Part shown: positions 53,719-64,000 of the stretch, one piece after another
How the letters are laid out: each line of letters begins with the position of its first letter
Position numbering within the stretch: the first letter of the stretch is position 1
NCBI GenBank assembly: GCA_000091205.1
Contig: AP006495.2
Strand: one strand, 5' to 3'
Length of the DNA stretch: 64,000 nt
Source: Cyanidioschyzon merolae
Lineage: Eukaryota
Notes under the pieces: generated by a model
The model's input: only the letters and a program-made list of their open reading frames with translations
The model's database searches: none
Told to the model about the DNA's origin: nothing
Program-made: the position numbers and the translations under genes

Positions 53719-55335
53719 CTATCGACCACGACGTCGCCTTTCGGGACGTCGGCGACTGGTGGAGCGCTTTCTTACTTTTGGCGGCCGCTGCGTGAAGTCA
53801 TCATCATCATCGTCGTCGTCGTGGTCGTCGTGGTCGTCGTCTACATTGTTACCGTCTTCGACGTTGTCATCAGCATCGTCGTCATGGATCCTACCAGGGA
53901 CGTCTTCACTGCCTATTGCCTCGTCTTCCGCGGGTTCATTTCCATCACTGATCCTTTCTGTTGGCAACCGCAGTGAAACTGGGCGGCCTTCATGCTGCTC
54001 CGGCTCTTGAATGACGCCCTGGTCATGGAAACCAGTCTGCATGCCCGATACGGGACGCTGCTCCACTGACGCTTCGGGGCCTTCGTCGGGTCTTCCGGGA
54101 AACCACCGCCCTTCCCGCGGAACATTTTCGGGCTCCACAGAAGCACTCGTCTTTGTGAGCTGGCCGCCCTCATTTTTGCCAGAGGAAGCTCGAGGACCAG
54201 GACGCAGAGTGTCCGTTCCCGCAGAGCCGTTATCCTCATCCAGATGATTCCCTGTTGCTGCAGCATTCCTGGGGAGCTGCTCCGAGCTCTCGTTCACGGT
54301 TCGGGCGCTGGCCTGGCGGAGTCGCACTGCGGCGACGCGGGAACTTTGCCGTCCCCCACCACCCCAACATTTCTCCAGATGCTGCGCATACCGAGCGGCT
54401 GAAACAGAACTTTTGCAATGAAAACAGACGAGGACACCCTCACGGGCTGCTTGCCGAGCCTGCGTACATCCATTCAAAGGCGTTTCTACGGTATCTTCAT
54501 CCAACAGGCTAGTCATGCGAAGCGCTTCGAAGAGCGGACTGTGGATGCGTGCTCGATCATTGGTGCGTAGAATGCGCGAGAAGTACTCCTCTCGAAAAGC
54601 TTCCTCACAAGCTTCACGGAAGATCGCATCCGTCAAGAGGTTGTACACGTGCAGCACACAGGAGAGCTGCTCTAGCATGGACAGCCATGCAGGCCTATCA
54701 GGTTGTGGAGCCCGGCTTTGGTCGGCATCCGCAACACTTTCCCAAGTGCTCGCAGGTGCGTTCCCAGCACTGGCGAGGTCCTGCTTCTGCTTCTCGTCTG
54801 AATTGGTGACCAGCGGCATCGGATGCGGCTCAGTCACCTCTTCACAATCCATGATGGCAGAGCTTGTCCAGGGCTTTCGTTGTTTGCAGGCTCGGAGCAG
54901 CTGCTGCAGCAAGTGCAGGTCCTGCACGCGCTCTTTTTCAACGGAGGATACGCGCCGCGGCGACTGGTCGACGGCCTCGTCTTCACGGCGGCTACCATCT
55001 CGAGACTGTGTCGTCACACCGAGTCCACCAGGAGTGTGGTCCTCTTCGACGGAAACGCCTCCGTGCTTGTTCGTAGGATGCTGCTTGTGTCGGCGGGTGC
55101 GCCGTTCTGGCACTACCGGCGGCTCCGAGGCCGGCGTCTCGTCGGAGCGCCCGGGACTGGATGCCTCAGCGAGGACCGAGGAGGTATCTGCTGAGGGCGA
55201 AGGCGAGCGCGTCTCATCCTTGGCTGATTGAGCGCTAGCTGCGTCGCTCTCTAGCAGCAAACGGCCTCGTTTTGGGCGAACGCGAGAACCACGACTTAGG
55301 CCCGTTGCACGGGCACCCAATCTACCCCGCGGCAT
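53719..55335 (-). CDS. Sgf11/ATXN7L3-type zinc-finger protein (a SAGA deubiquitinase-module-like subunit) with acidic poly-Asp and basic terminal tails, 538 aa
   Basis: VCFHCKSSVSAARYAQHLEKCWGGGGRQSSR matches the Sgf11-type zinc finger C-x2-C-x(~11)-HLEKC-x-G (compare [29 protein letters not shown]). C-terminal tract DDDDHDDHDDDDDDDD. Confidence 0.6.
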   Translation of the reverse strand: MPRGRLGARATGLSRGSRVRPKRGRLLLESDAASAQSAKDETRSPSPSADTSSVLAEASSPGRSDETPASEPPVVPERRTRRHKQHPTNKHGGVSVEEDHTPGGLGVTTQSRDGSRREDEAVDQSPRRVSSVEKERVQDLHLLQQLLRACKQRKPWTSSAIMDCEEVTEPHPMPLVTNSDEKQKQDLASAGNAPASTWESVADADQSRAPQPDRPAWLSMLEQLSCVLHVYNLLTDAIFREACEEAFREEYFSRILRTNDRARIHSPLFEALRMTSLLDEDTVETPLNGCTQARQAAREGVLVCFHCKSSVSAARYAQHLEKCWGGGGRQSSRVAAVRLRQASARTVNESSEQLPRNAAATGNHLDEDNGSAGTDTLRPGPRASSGKNEGGQLTKTSASVEPENVPREGRWFPGRPDEGPEASVEQRPVSGMQTGFHDQGVIQEPEQHEGRPVSLRLPTERISDGNEPAEDEAIGSEDVPGRIHDDDADDNVEDGNNVDDDHDDHDDDDDDDDFTQRPPKVRKRSTSRRRPERRRRGR

Positions 55336-56035
55336 GCTCGCAGTTGTTCATAAGACAGAAGGAGTTCCCCGTATAAACGCCCCAAAACCGTTGTTCAAGA
55401 AAATACAAGAGCGTTCTTTGCGCTGAGGTAGCACGAATGTGCCTAGTCCGGCGAGAGGCGCGCTGCCTGCGGGAACCTCTGACCTCAAGCCAATAGCAGC
55501 AGCAGCAGCTGGGGCTTTACGAGACACCTGGGTCTTTCGTGTACAGGAGTGTCCAACGTCCAGATCAAAGATTCGCTTCTTATTCGTATACCGGGCGACT
55601 CGTCCGCGAACTTTCTCAAACGCAAAGCTTGAGAGTACGCGTCAAGTCGCAGGGCTAAGTGCCGGAGCGCCCGGCAGAAAGCGCTTGTACCTCGAGCCAC
55701 AGACCGGTTGCCACTCCCTTTCTTTTCGCTTGACCAGCGACTATTCCTCAGCACCGACCTGCAGATCCTGAAATCACTTATACCCAAACGCAAGGTGCGC
55801 AAGAAAAGTGCTCTCCACAGTGGAGCTGCGGTACAGCCAAAGAGCTATGGAAGCGGTATGGACGGGCGCGTCCTGCTCTGAGGCAGTCGAGCAGAGCCAC
55901 GGGCTCTACAACGTGCACCTGTCTGAACGTTGATATCCGCTTTTCCGGAGCTGTGTTGTTACTGCGTCCTTCTGGTGCCATTAAACGCTTGTAAACCAGC
56001 GAGGAGACGTTGTTCTCGCTTCGAAACTCTTTACT
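55336..56035. promoter_or_regulatory. Putative bidirectional promoter, about 700 bp, shared by the divergently transcribed Sgf11-like gene and ELP3
   Basis: Head-to-head gene arrangement with no intervening ORF. Inferred from arrangement only. Confidence 0.35.
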
Positions 56036-57784
56036 ATGAGTACAAGTCAAGTCATCGACTACATCATTCGCAAGCTCATTGAAGCCTACGAAAACGACGA
56101 GGCCGTTTCGCTGGATCGGTTAAAACTAGAAGCTGCAAAGCATTTCGGTGTTAATGGAGTACCAAAGCTCATGGACATAGTGGCTGCTGTGCCAGACGAA
56201 TACCGCGACGTACTCGTTCCACAGCTGCGCGTCAAGCCGGTACGCTCGTCGTCGGGAATCATCATCGTTGCCGTGATGTCGAAGCCGCACCGTTGCCCTC
56301 ACATCTACACGACCGGCAGCGTCTGTATTTACTGTCCAGGGGGTCCCGACTCGTCTTTCCCGTACTCTGCTCAGTCCTATACTGGGTTAGAGCCGACGAG
56401 TATGCGAGCGATTAGGGCGCGTTACGATCCCTACCTTCAGGTACGCTCTAGGATCGATCAGTTGCAATCGCTTGGTCACGCAGCTGACAAAGTGGAGTTT
56501 ATCATTCAAGGCGGTACGTTCATGAGTTTGCCTGCAGACTACCGGGATTGGTTTATTCGTAACCTTCACGACGCGCTCTCGGGACACGCGTCCATGAGTG
56601 TTGCCGAGGCGGTCCGCTACGGCGAGCAGAGCGCCAGATACAAGTGCATAGGGCTCACCATAGAGACTCGTCCAGACTTTTGCCAACGAACACATCTAGA
56701 CGCGATGCTGCAATACGGTTGCACCCGTCTAGAAATAGGGGTGCAGAGCGTCTACGAGGATATCGCGAGACTGACCAATCGGGGTCACACGGTTGAGGCC
56801 GTCATTCGCTGCTTCCAGCTCGCCAAGGATGCCGGTTACAAAGTTGTCGCCCACCTGATGCCAAACCTCCCGGATATGGATCGAGAGCGTGATGTCGAGT
56901 GCTTCCGGGAGTTCTTCGAGAACCCGGCCTTTCGCGCCGATGGTCTGAAAATATATCCGACGCTGATCCTGGCAAACACGGGCCTCTATGAGCTGTGGCG
57001 AGCGGGAAAATATCGCAGTATGCCACCTCCTGAGCTTGTTGATCACGTTGCGGAGCTCTTGTCTCTAGTACCACCATGGGTACGAGTCTACCGCGTCCAG
57101 CGTGATATTCCGATGCCGCTGGTCACCAGCGGTGTACAGTTTGGCAACCTTCGGGAACTGGTGTTAGCACGAATGCGCGACCTGGGACTACGTTGTCGAG
57201 ACGTGCGGACTCGTGAAGTTGGTATCCGGGAAATCCATGAAGCAGTTCGACCGCAATCTATTGAACTTGTTCGGCGCGATTATGTGGCGAATGGTAGCTG
57301 GGAGACCTTCTTGGCCTACGAAGATCCGGTACGGGATATTTTGGTAGCACTGCTTCGACTGCGGCGCCTCAGCAAAGAGACAACGCATCGGATGGAACTG
57401 CGTATTGAAGACACAGCTGCCGGGGATGATTCGAGCAATAGTGGCGTTGGGCAAGGCACCGGTTGCTCTGTGGTGCGCGAGCTCCACGTCTACGGGACAG
57501 TGGTGCCCGTTCACGAACGAGACCCGACTCGATTTCAGCATCGGGGCTTCGGTACGCTCCTCATGGAAGAAGCGGAGCGGATCGCTCGCGAAGAGCATCG
57601 CAGCTGCAAGCTCGCGGTTATCTCTGGCATTGGCACTCGAAACTATTATCGCAAACTGGGTTACACACTCGAAGGGCCCTATATGGTGAAGTACTTGGCA
57701 GCGGGTACTGCGAAGGTCTCGCCCAGCGGTATGTCCAGTTGTATGGGCGAACAGATACGCGCAGATATGGCTGTTTCCGTGTAG
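56036..57784 (+). CDS. ELP3: Elongator complex protein 3 (radical-SAM domain plus GNAT acetyltransferase domain), 582 aa
   Basis: Highly conserved Elp3 blocks: [15 protein letters not shown]...[40 protein letters not shown], the radical-SAM core, and the C-terminal GNAT ([20 protein letters not shown]...LGY). Confidence 0.92.
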   Translation: MSTSQVIDYIIRKLIEAYENDEAVSLDRLKLEAAKHFGVNGVPKLMDIVAAVPDEYRDVLVPQLRVKPVRSSSGIIIVAVMSKPHRCPHIYTTGSVCIYCPGGPDSSFPYSAQSYTGLEPTSMRAIRARYDPYLQVRSRIDQLQSLGHAADKVEFIIQGGTFMSLPADYRDWFIRNLHDALSGHASMSVAEAVRYGEQSARYKCIGLTIETRPDFCQRTHLDAMLQYGCTRLEIGVQSVYEDIARLTNRGHTVEAVIRCFQLAKDAGYKVVAHLMPNLPDMDRERDVECFREFFENPAFRADGLKIYPTLILANTGLYELWRAGKYRSMPPPELVDHVAELLSLVPPWVRVYRVQRDIPMPLVTSGVQFGNLRELVLARMRDLGLRCRDVRTREVGIREIHEAVRPQSIELVRRDYVANGSWETFLAYEDPVRDILVALLRLRRLSKETTHRMELRIEDTAAGDDSSNSGVGQGTGCSVVRELHVYGTVVPVHERDPTRFQHRGFGTLLMEEAERIAREEHRSCKLAVISGIGTRNYYRKLGYTLEGPYMVKYLAAGTAKVSPSGMSSCMGEQIRADMAVSV

Positions 57785-58613
57785 GTTCCTCTATCTGCTG
57801 GCTGTGGAGCGTGGAGATAACCCCAGGCCATGCCAGACGACAGCTTCCGTTCACCAAATCAGCGTGGATGCTGGGAAGGCTCCACGCTACATCTACGGTC
57901 AAGCGGTGCACCTTGGATGCATCCAAGGTGGTATTAGACAATAGTATCCCATCATTAGCTCCGAGCATATCCAGGGAAGCTTTGAGCGCAGCATGCGAAG
58001 CCCAGCTCCTGCGTTGTAAAGGCGCTGCTCGCTAGAAACATTTTGTTTCCAGCTTCTCATGCAGATACAGGTGAAACTGGTTTTCTAAATGGTGTCATCC
58101 ATCGGCAGTGAGTGACTGAAGCACACATGACTCCTGTGCCGACTGGACGAGGTCAAGCGCTCGGTACCTATTGAGCTGGGGACGACGCATCTGCCTGGAT
58201 TCATTTTCTGCAGAACCGCGATGCTGTGATGAGGCGTTCCCATCGAGACAAGGACATCGTGCACGGCAGGCGCCTAGCTTCTTCTGCTTCCAATATAGCG
58301 CATCTCCGCACATTGCATCGCTGGAATATAAACTGCTCATCTAGAATTTATGCGGCAAAACTTGCAACGCCCAGTTCTCCGCGTCAGAACATGTACGTTT
58401 TGCGTGCCTCATCGCAACGCTCACGAAAAGTACCATGTTCAGCAGTCGCTGCAGAGGCCTGCCCGCAGTGCGCCCTCCGCCCTAGTTCGGTAAGTGGCTG
58501 CATTCGAGCGAGTCGTCATCTGTGCCGAAACCGCATGAAGGATGCGCAGACCCTACGAGAAGTTTTTCTATCCAATGGAACGCATGAAAACATGCGCCCT
58601 CGACCCCCATATC

Positions 58614-60185
58614 AGACATACATGGAACGGGCCCACAGCGCTCAATCGGGCGTACACACGAAATGCGGAGCATCTCGTATTTGTCATGAACAAATGACCC
58701 GGTAGGCCTCTTCCGACACAGCGTACTTGCTCTCGTTCGCACCTCGGGATTTTTGGACACGCCAGTCTCTCTGGACCCCGCAGTTCCACGGTCTCCCGTC
58801 GAAGGATGCTCGTGGCAGCGCCCGAGTCCCGATCTCACAGCTGCCGGCTGTTGTCGATGCAGTTCATCCACAGGCGAGACTTGCAATCCATGCTTCGCTT
58901 GCCAGCTTCGTCTTCTTCGAATACAGCGCCGATGCGCTTTGCGCAGCGGTCGCACTCGACTGCTGTTGACGGGTACGCCACATGTCCAGCGCACACCCGT
59001 CACCGAGTGCAGCGCTGTGCGGCGTGAAGGACTCCTCCAGTGCTCGGTGCACGCCCCTGACGAGTACAGAAGGCGTCGCTCGATGCCGTGCTCCGTTGCC
59101 GCGCCCGGTACCGTACACTGTCGTCACGAACTTGTTCAGGGCGATCCCCTCGGCGAGTACGCTGTCCGCGGCAGACGCAAGCGAAGGCTTCTGCATTACG
59201 CAGAGGATCTGTGAAACGCGGTGCTGTCCGTGATAGAGCACGGAGCAGACGGAAGCTTCACACTCGAGAAGTCGTCGACATACTCCGAGCCGTTTCCGAT
59301 CCCTGGTTGCAAAGCGGTGACACAGGCTCCGCTGGAAGCGAGTGCCGGGAGAGCTGGTATCCGAGTCCGAGACCGAGCACCCATGGACGGGCAGGAGCCG
59401 AGCACCCGTGGACGGGCAGGAGCCGAGCACCCGTGGACGGGCAGGAGCCGAGCACCCGTGGACGGGCAGGAGCCGAGCACCCGTGGACGGGCAGGAGCCG
59501 AGCACCCGTGGACGGGCAGGAGCCGAGCACCCATGGACGGGCAGGAGCCGAGCACCCATGGACGGGCAGGAGCCGAGCACCCCTGGACGTCCGTGCCCTG
59601 TGGGGTACCGTGCTTGCGTCGAACGCCGTCTCAGCGGTGTTAGCAAGGAGCCGGGCGATATGTCTCCTCGGCCGAGTTCGACGCTCTGACTTGCGAAGTA
59701 CGGTGAGCGATCGGCTCGAGCTTGTGAGCAAGTCGTTAACGGACGGCGTCGACGAACGTTCCGAAAGCGTCCAGGTGCTTGAGGTGGCGCGCCCACTGGG
59801 TTGCCTCGGAATAGCAAGGTCGAAAACCTGAAGATTGGATACTCGGAGCGGGCTGCAAGTGAAGATAGAAGAAGAGAGGCGTCTAGCGCGTATGCATACA
59901 ACGGTAGTATCGATTCGTTTACGATGCCTTGTTCGCGGGTGTCCCGAATCGTCTCGATTCTGGTGACGTAACGAGTTGCAGCGGCACATCGTTGAACGTG
60001 TCGCTCCGCGAGAAAGAAGAACCACCGACCTAGAATCCTGAGAGTGTATACGAATCCGTAAGCATTTTATTGGTGCTCCATGAAAGTCAGCGCTTTGCAT
60101 CTGAACAAGTTCAGAGGGAAATCTAAATGCAGGAACAGGGTGTGCAGTTCTTTTGTAGACTTATATCTGACGCGGATGCAGGACT
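58614..60185. repeat. Direct repeat copy 2, about 1.57 kb, carrying the 25-bp VNTR with 8 full plus 1 partial units
   Basis: See copy 1. Confidence 0.9.
59365..59587. repeat. 25-bp VNTR inside direct repeat copy 2, 8 full units plus 1 truncated unit (one unit more than copy 1)
   Basis: Variant pattern across units is A G G G G G A A (C). Confidence 0.9.
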
Positions 60186-60191
60186 GTGTGA

Positions 60192-61012
60192 ACACTGAGC
60201 AATACAAAAAAACGTTCAACGGCCATGGAGGGTATACAGACATCCTCCCTCGCAGACGCCGCCCAGCCTTCTTCGACTGGCTCCCCTGCTATCGGCTTCA
60301 GTTTCTCCTTGTACATTTCGTGTTGGAAAAGTTGCCCCACGAAGTTCGCACGTGTCAGCTTCCCCGGTCTCGTCTTCAGCACCACTCAACACCTGATATC
60401 CTTGACGGCGTTGAAGTCTCGGTTCACGAACTCCACGCGTTTTAGTCTCTCGTGGAGCTCATTCAGGCGAGGCTTCTTCGAACTCGCGCCCCCTGCGGCA
60501 TGTGCTGCTCTATCAGCTGTCCGAGGTTTTCCAACGCCGAACCGCTCCGTTGCCTTCTCTCAACATCAGCCTTCGGAAGTGTAAACCCCAGATCAGCCTG
60601 TGTTTTGCTCGTTCGGAACACAGCTATCGGTACCGCGACCAAACGCTGCGAGCTCTCCTTGTACGCGCGCGCCAAAAGAACCAATATTCTCCCTTTTTGG
60701 GGCAAGCAGTGCCCTGACCAGTTTCCCGCTAAAAGCTTTTGACCCTCATCCTCGTTTAAGGTGCTCAGCTATCTCAAGAAATCGACACTTGTACGCTTCT
60801 TCCTTTCGTACAAACACATACGGTGGCGGGGTGGGGGCCTGTCCGCCGATGCAGACCGCCTTCCACAGCTCGTCGGTATGAGTGTTTTGAACTTTCCTGT
60901 ACTCACGAACAGCTTCAAACTCCGCTCCTCGAAACGTGACTTTCTTCATCGCATCCCGGTACTTATTTAGTGCCGGTTGTTCAGTCGTAACTTGTTTCGA
61001 CGGCTCCGTCAT
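60192..61012 (-). mobile_element. Copy (c) of the dispersed element family, the longest copy. It starts within about 10-20 bp of the end of direct repeat copy 2. Its ORF relics are frameshifted, including an intact 88-aa ORF at 60746..61012
   Basis: Minus-strand ORFs MTEPSKQVTTEQPALNKYRDAMKKVTFRGAEFEAVREYRKV... / ..RILVLLARAYKESSQRLVAVP.. / MVLKTRPGKLTRANFVGQLFQHEMYKEKLKPI.. are colinear with (a) and (b). The 5' 150 bp aligns to the ends of (a) and (b). Confidence 0.6.
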
Positions 61013-64000
61013 ACCCGACTATCGGTAGTTTCAAGCTCGCTAGACCTCCAACGGATGCATCTCATTCTGGCGCAGGTTGTCGCCAATACTATTTTTCCAT
61101 GGACAAAACGTTTACGTAGGTCAGTGTTCTCCGATTATGCGCATTTTCCTCTCTTTTTGTGGGTTTTTCAGTGCACGCTGAAGTATCCATCAAAACGCCC
61201 TACCTCCAAGTTGCATCACCCATACTTTTTCTCGGATATTCTGGTCGTTTCACACTTTGTATCGTGTGTGCCTAGTGCCTGCGGAAAGCGACAGCAATGG
61301 CGCCTATAGCGCCGGTGCGGTCGCTGTACGGAGACAATGGCGTTGTCGTAGTACAGAGGGCGTTGGCTCCAGGGTCGCCAATGCGATCTGCCAAATATGG
61401 AGGTGCGTTTATCGAGCGTGCTGTATGGAAAAAAAGGACAGAAACGAAACACGAACTAGCAACGAGATAACAACTTCGTTCCTGCCTCTCCGGTAAACCT
61501 TAAAATGGGGAAAAGGTTTACGTATTGGCGAAAGGTCCCGCGAGCCAGACGACTCTACCGGGCTTGCGCTCCGTGCTTCTCCCAGTAACGGATGGTGTTG
61601 TGAGATCTAAGCAGCTCGTCCGAAACGGAGTTTATTCTGAGACCCGGAGCGAGCATGCTGCATCTGGGCCTCGGCCTGGTTTCGGTAAACTCTTATGAAA
61701 TCGCTTCGCGCTGTCGCGAGCAGAAGGTCTGTCTGCGCAGCTTGCAGGCTCGCAGCATAGTTATGGATCCCGATTCCATATCGTATGAAACACACCTCGA
61801 GCGGACGCCGTCTGTGGTATGGCAATGCCGCCCTGTCTCCATGAGGCATCCGCTCCAGCTGCATAGGCGCAAAGGCGGACCCTCAAAGCAGGCACTCCGC
61901 GGCCGATAGAACGTACAAAAAGACGAGTACATCCCAGAACAGTTGATGGAACTTGGATGCAGGGTGCAGCAGCATGATCGACACTTTCCCGAAAGCCAAT
62001 ATCGGTTCCGCACTCTGGGATCCATGGTCAATGGAAACGATTTGTTATTGGAAGAAAATCCGTCCCACGCTTGGGCGCAGCGATGGACATGGTATCCTTC
62101 CTCCCTGGGTCCACGCTGACGACAACGTCGTTCACCTGTACTCCATACATCGCGGGGCCCGCCTCTTTCTTTTCATGCTTCGTCATAGGCGACAGCGAAG
62201 ACAGAATAGGACGAGCCACCCTCAAGCGCCAGCAGTGAACGCACATGGATATTCCGTATCGCGTTCGATCGTTCACGTGAATGCCTTTTTCTTTCTCGTG
62301 TCGAGCCGTTCCGAAACGAGGACATTCTTTCAATACGTTTCCCGCTTTTCGCCTGTGAACTCCGTGCTGCTTACATCGGACCCGGACTTGTCTCCTTCAT
62401 GATGCCGTAAAGGACTCTGGAGTTGATGGTCCCAAAGTGTGACTTGATGTTGGATGACGCAGCGACGTCAAAGCGCTTCTCCAGAAGCGCAACCTTCCGT
62501 TTCACCGAATCTGCATCATTATTTTCAACAATATCCATATTCGTCTTGCGTTCGAGCTCTCGGTTCGAAAACACGAAACAGAGCAGAATAAGGGGATAAC
62601 ATCTTTTTTCATATCCGATGCCTTTTCTGCATGGTTGACCAGCCCCAGAACCGCGCAATGCTCTTGAATAGCTGTATGGATCACAGAATCGTCATTCGTG
62701 ATACTGTGAGACGTATCGTCGTTGACGGAATCAGTTTTGCCTTCATCCCGACGATCGTTCATGATGCCATTGATACTGGCCCATATCTCTTCTTGGGAGA
62801 GAGGCCTGGTTAGAGCGCAAAGCCGGAGCGTATCATGAAGTGTTTGAGGTTCATGGTGAATACGGTTCTTCAGATTCGTGAGGTACTTCGTCGCCCCGTG
62901 TCCGCAAATACGCGAGTCAAGCCTGTATCGAGAACCGCTGGAGCGGTATTCGACGTAATCTTCGTGGAGGCGTGTACTCCCTCATTTCTCCTCAGCGTTT
63001 CCACTGTTCAAACCATAAGGTGGCCGATAAAGGTCGAGCTGACAAAGTCTCCCGGAATATCAACTGTCTGGCTGTGCTTGACGTCGTCCAGCATCTCCTT
63101 CACCAAATGCTGTAGTCATGAAGAAATCTTTTTCATACTCGTGCAGCAGGACGCGAAACGGTTTCTGATAGCCTCCCGCAAATTTTGCATGTAGGAACCC
63201 TTGATAAGCCCATGAAGATAGACTTTCACCACCCTCTCGCCGTATTGTTGTCTTTCGAATTGCTTTTGGTGTCTGGCCTCCTGCCTCAGCTTCTTCGTCG
63301 TCTCCTGTTACTCTGGGTTCGACACTGTTTTCCGTATTTTTACGGCAGCAGGCGACACCAGGTCTCTAGGATCCTCGACTTGAACGAACATACTTTTACA
63401 TTGGATTTTTATCTCTTCAAAATCAACGCACTTCTTTATGCCCATGGATGACGAACTTCCTGGAGGGTCTAGGACTTGACGAAGGAATACATCATGTGCT
63501 CCTGGTGTATTTCGGTTTGCTGAACGCTTCAGCGATTCACCCAGTGGTGCGATCATCATGTCTCACGATAGATAACGTTCCTTCGATGTGCTGAACCATG
63601 GAGAGTACGGAGGAATGAAGCGTAGCTCTATCCCGATAGAATCGGTAACAACTCCAACGCAAGAGAAAGGTGAAATGAAAGATACCCCAATGGAAGGAGC
63701 GCTGCCAGGCTTCAGGGGAAATTCTTCAATGATTCGACGAACTATGTGCTGTTGTATGAGCCTTCTCTATGCGCGAAACTGAGACCTTCAAACGAATCCA
63801 ATGCAGCTAGAACGAATAAGCGCAAGGTTCTCTCCAGTCTCAATTTTACATACAACGGGCACCCTGCTCCGCGAATACCCATATACGCTCCGATCGTTTC
63901 GTCCGAAGTGAGTCTCATCGACTGAAAAAGCAAAATAAAGTCCCTTTGTTTCGTACTGATCGGGACGTTAACGGAACCTGTCATTCTGATTTCGGTGGAA

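Noticed and set aside
51581-60185. Interpreting the 1.55-kb direct repeats as LTRs of an intact LTR retrotransposon
   Set aside because: The 5.5-kb interior consists of two intact, conserved host genes (Sgf11-like and Elp3) with no gag, protease, RT or integrase remnants. The repeat termini are not obviously TG..CA. This is kept as a finding but not called a retroelement
1-64000. CRISPR arrays
   Set aside because: This is a eukaryotic context. The only regular short repeats (the 25-bp and 93-bp arrays) have no unique spacers between units
61000-64000. Several 60-120-aa ORFs on both strands in the AT-richer terminal 3 kb (for example 62835..63194 +, 62371..62762 -)
   Set aside because: No domain was recognised and frames are inconsistent. 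This could be an intron-containing or decayed gene, but no structure can be supported from sequence alone

Overview
The window appears to be nuclear DNA from a GC-rich (about 55-60%), intron-poor eukaryote that carries a plastid. The lineage inference rests on content that is eukaryote-specific: a tandem-RRM protein, a DEK-C plus double SWIB protein, a PAC2-like chaperone, an Sgf11/ATXN7L3-type zinc finger, Elp3 and polyQ tracts. A plastid-type sigma-70 factor with a roughly 330-aa N-terminal extension and a plant-like cryptochrome with a roughly 600-aa C-terminal tail point to a photosynthetic or plastid-bearing host. An intron-poor alga of about this GC content (for example a unicellular red alga) would fit, but the sequence alone cannot prove it. 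About 18 long uninterrupted ORFs give roughly one gene per 3.5 kb. Recognisable genes are the sigma factor, the cryptochrome/photolyase, the RRM protein, two tandem GPR1/FUN34/YaaH acetate-transporter paralogues (one frameshifted), a secreted trefoil (P-domain) protein, a FAD oxidoreductase, a GH31 alpha-glucosidase, a giant WD40/polyQ protein, the DEK-C/2xSWIB protein, an XGPRT-like phosphoribosyltransferase, two coiled-coil proteins, the PAC2-like chaperone, the Sgf11-type protein and Elp3. The most unusual part is a nested repeat architecture between about 28.5 and 61 kb. A 2.5-kb inverted repeat pair at 97-99% identity brackets a 16.3-kb block of four genes. A 1.55-kb direct repeat pair, each copy carrying a 25-bp VNTR with a different unit count, brackets the divergent Sgf11-like/ELP3 pair. 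Three diverged copies of a dispersed element with a decayed ORF sit within about 25 bp of two of the repeat boundaries and on the stop codon of one gene. Also present are a 93-bp minisatellite, a 112-bp promoter tandem duplication, CAG/polyQ tracts and several microsatellites. No rRNA, tRNA or CRISPR feature could be supported by eye.
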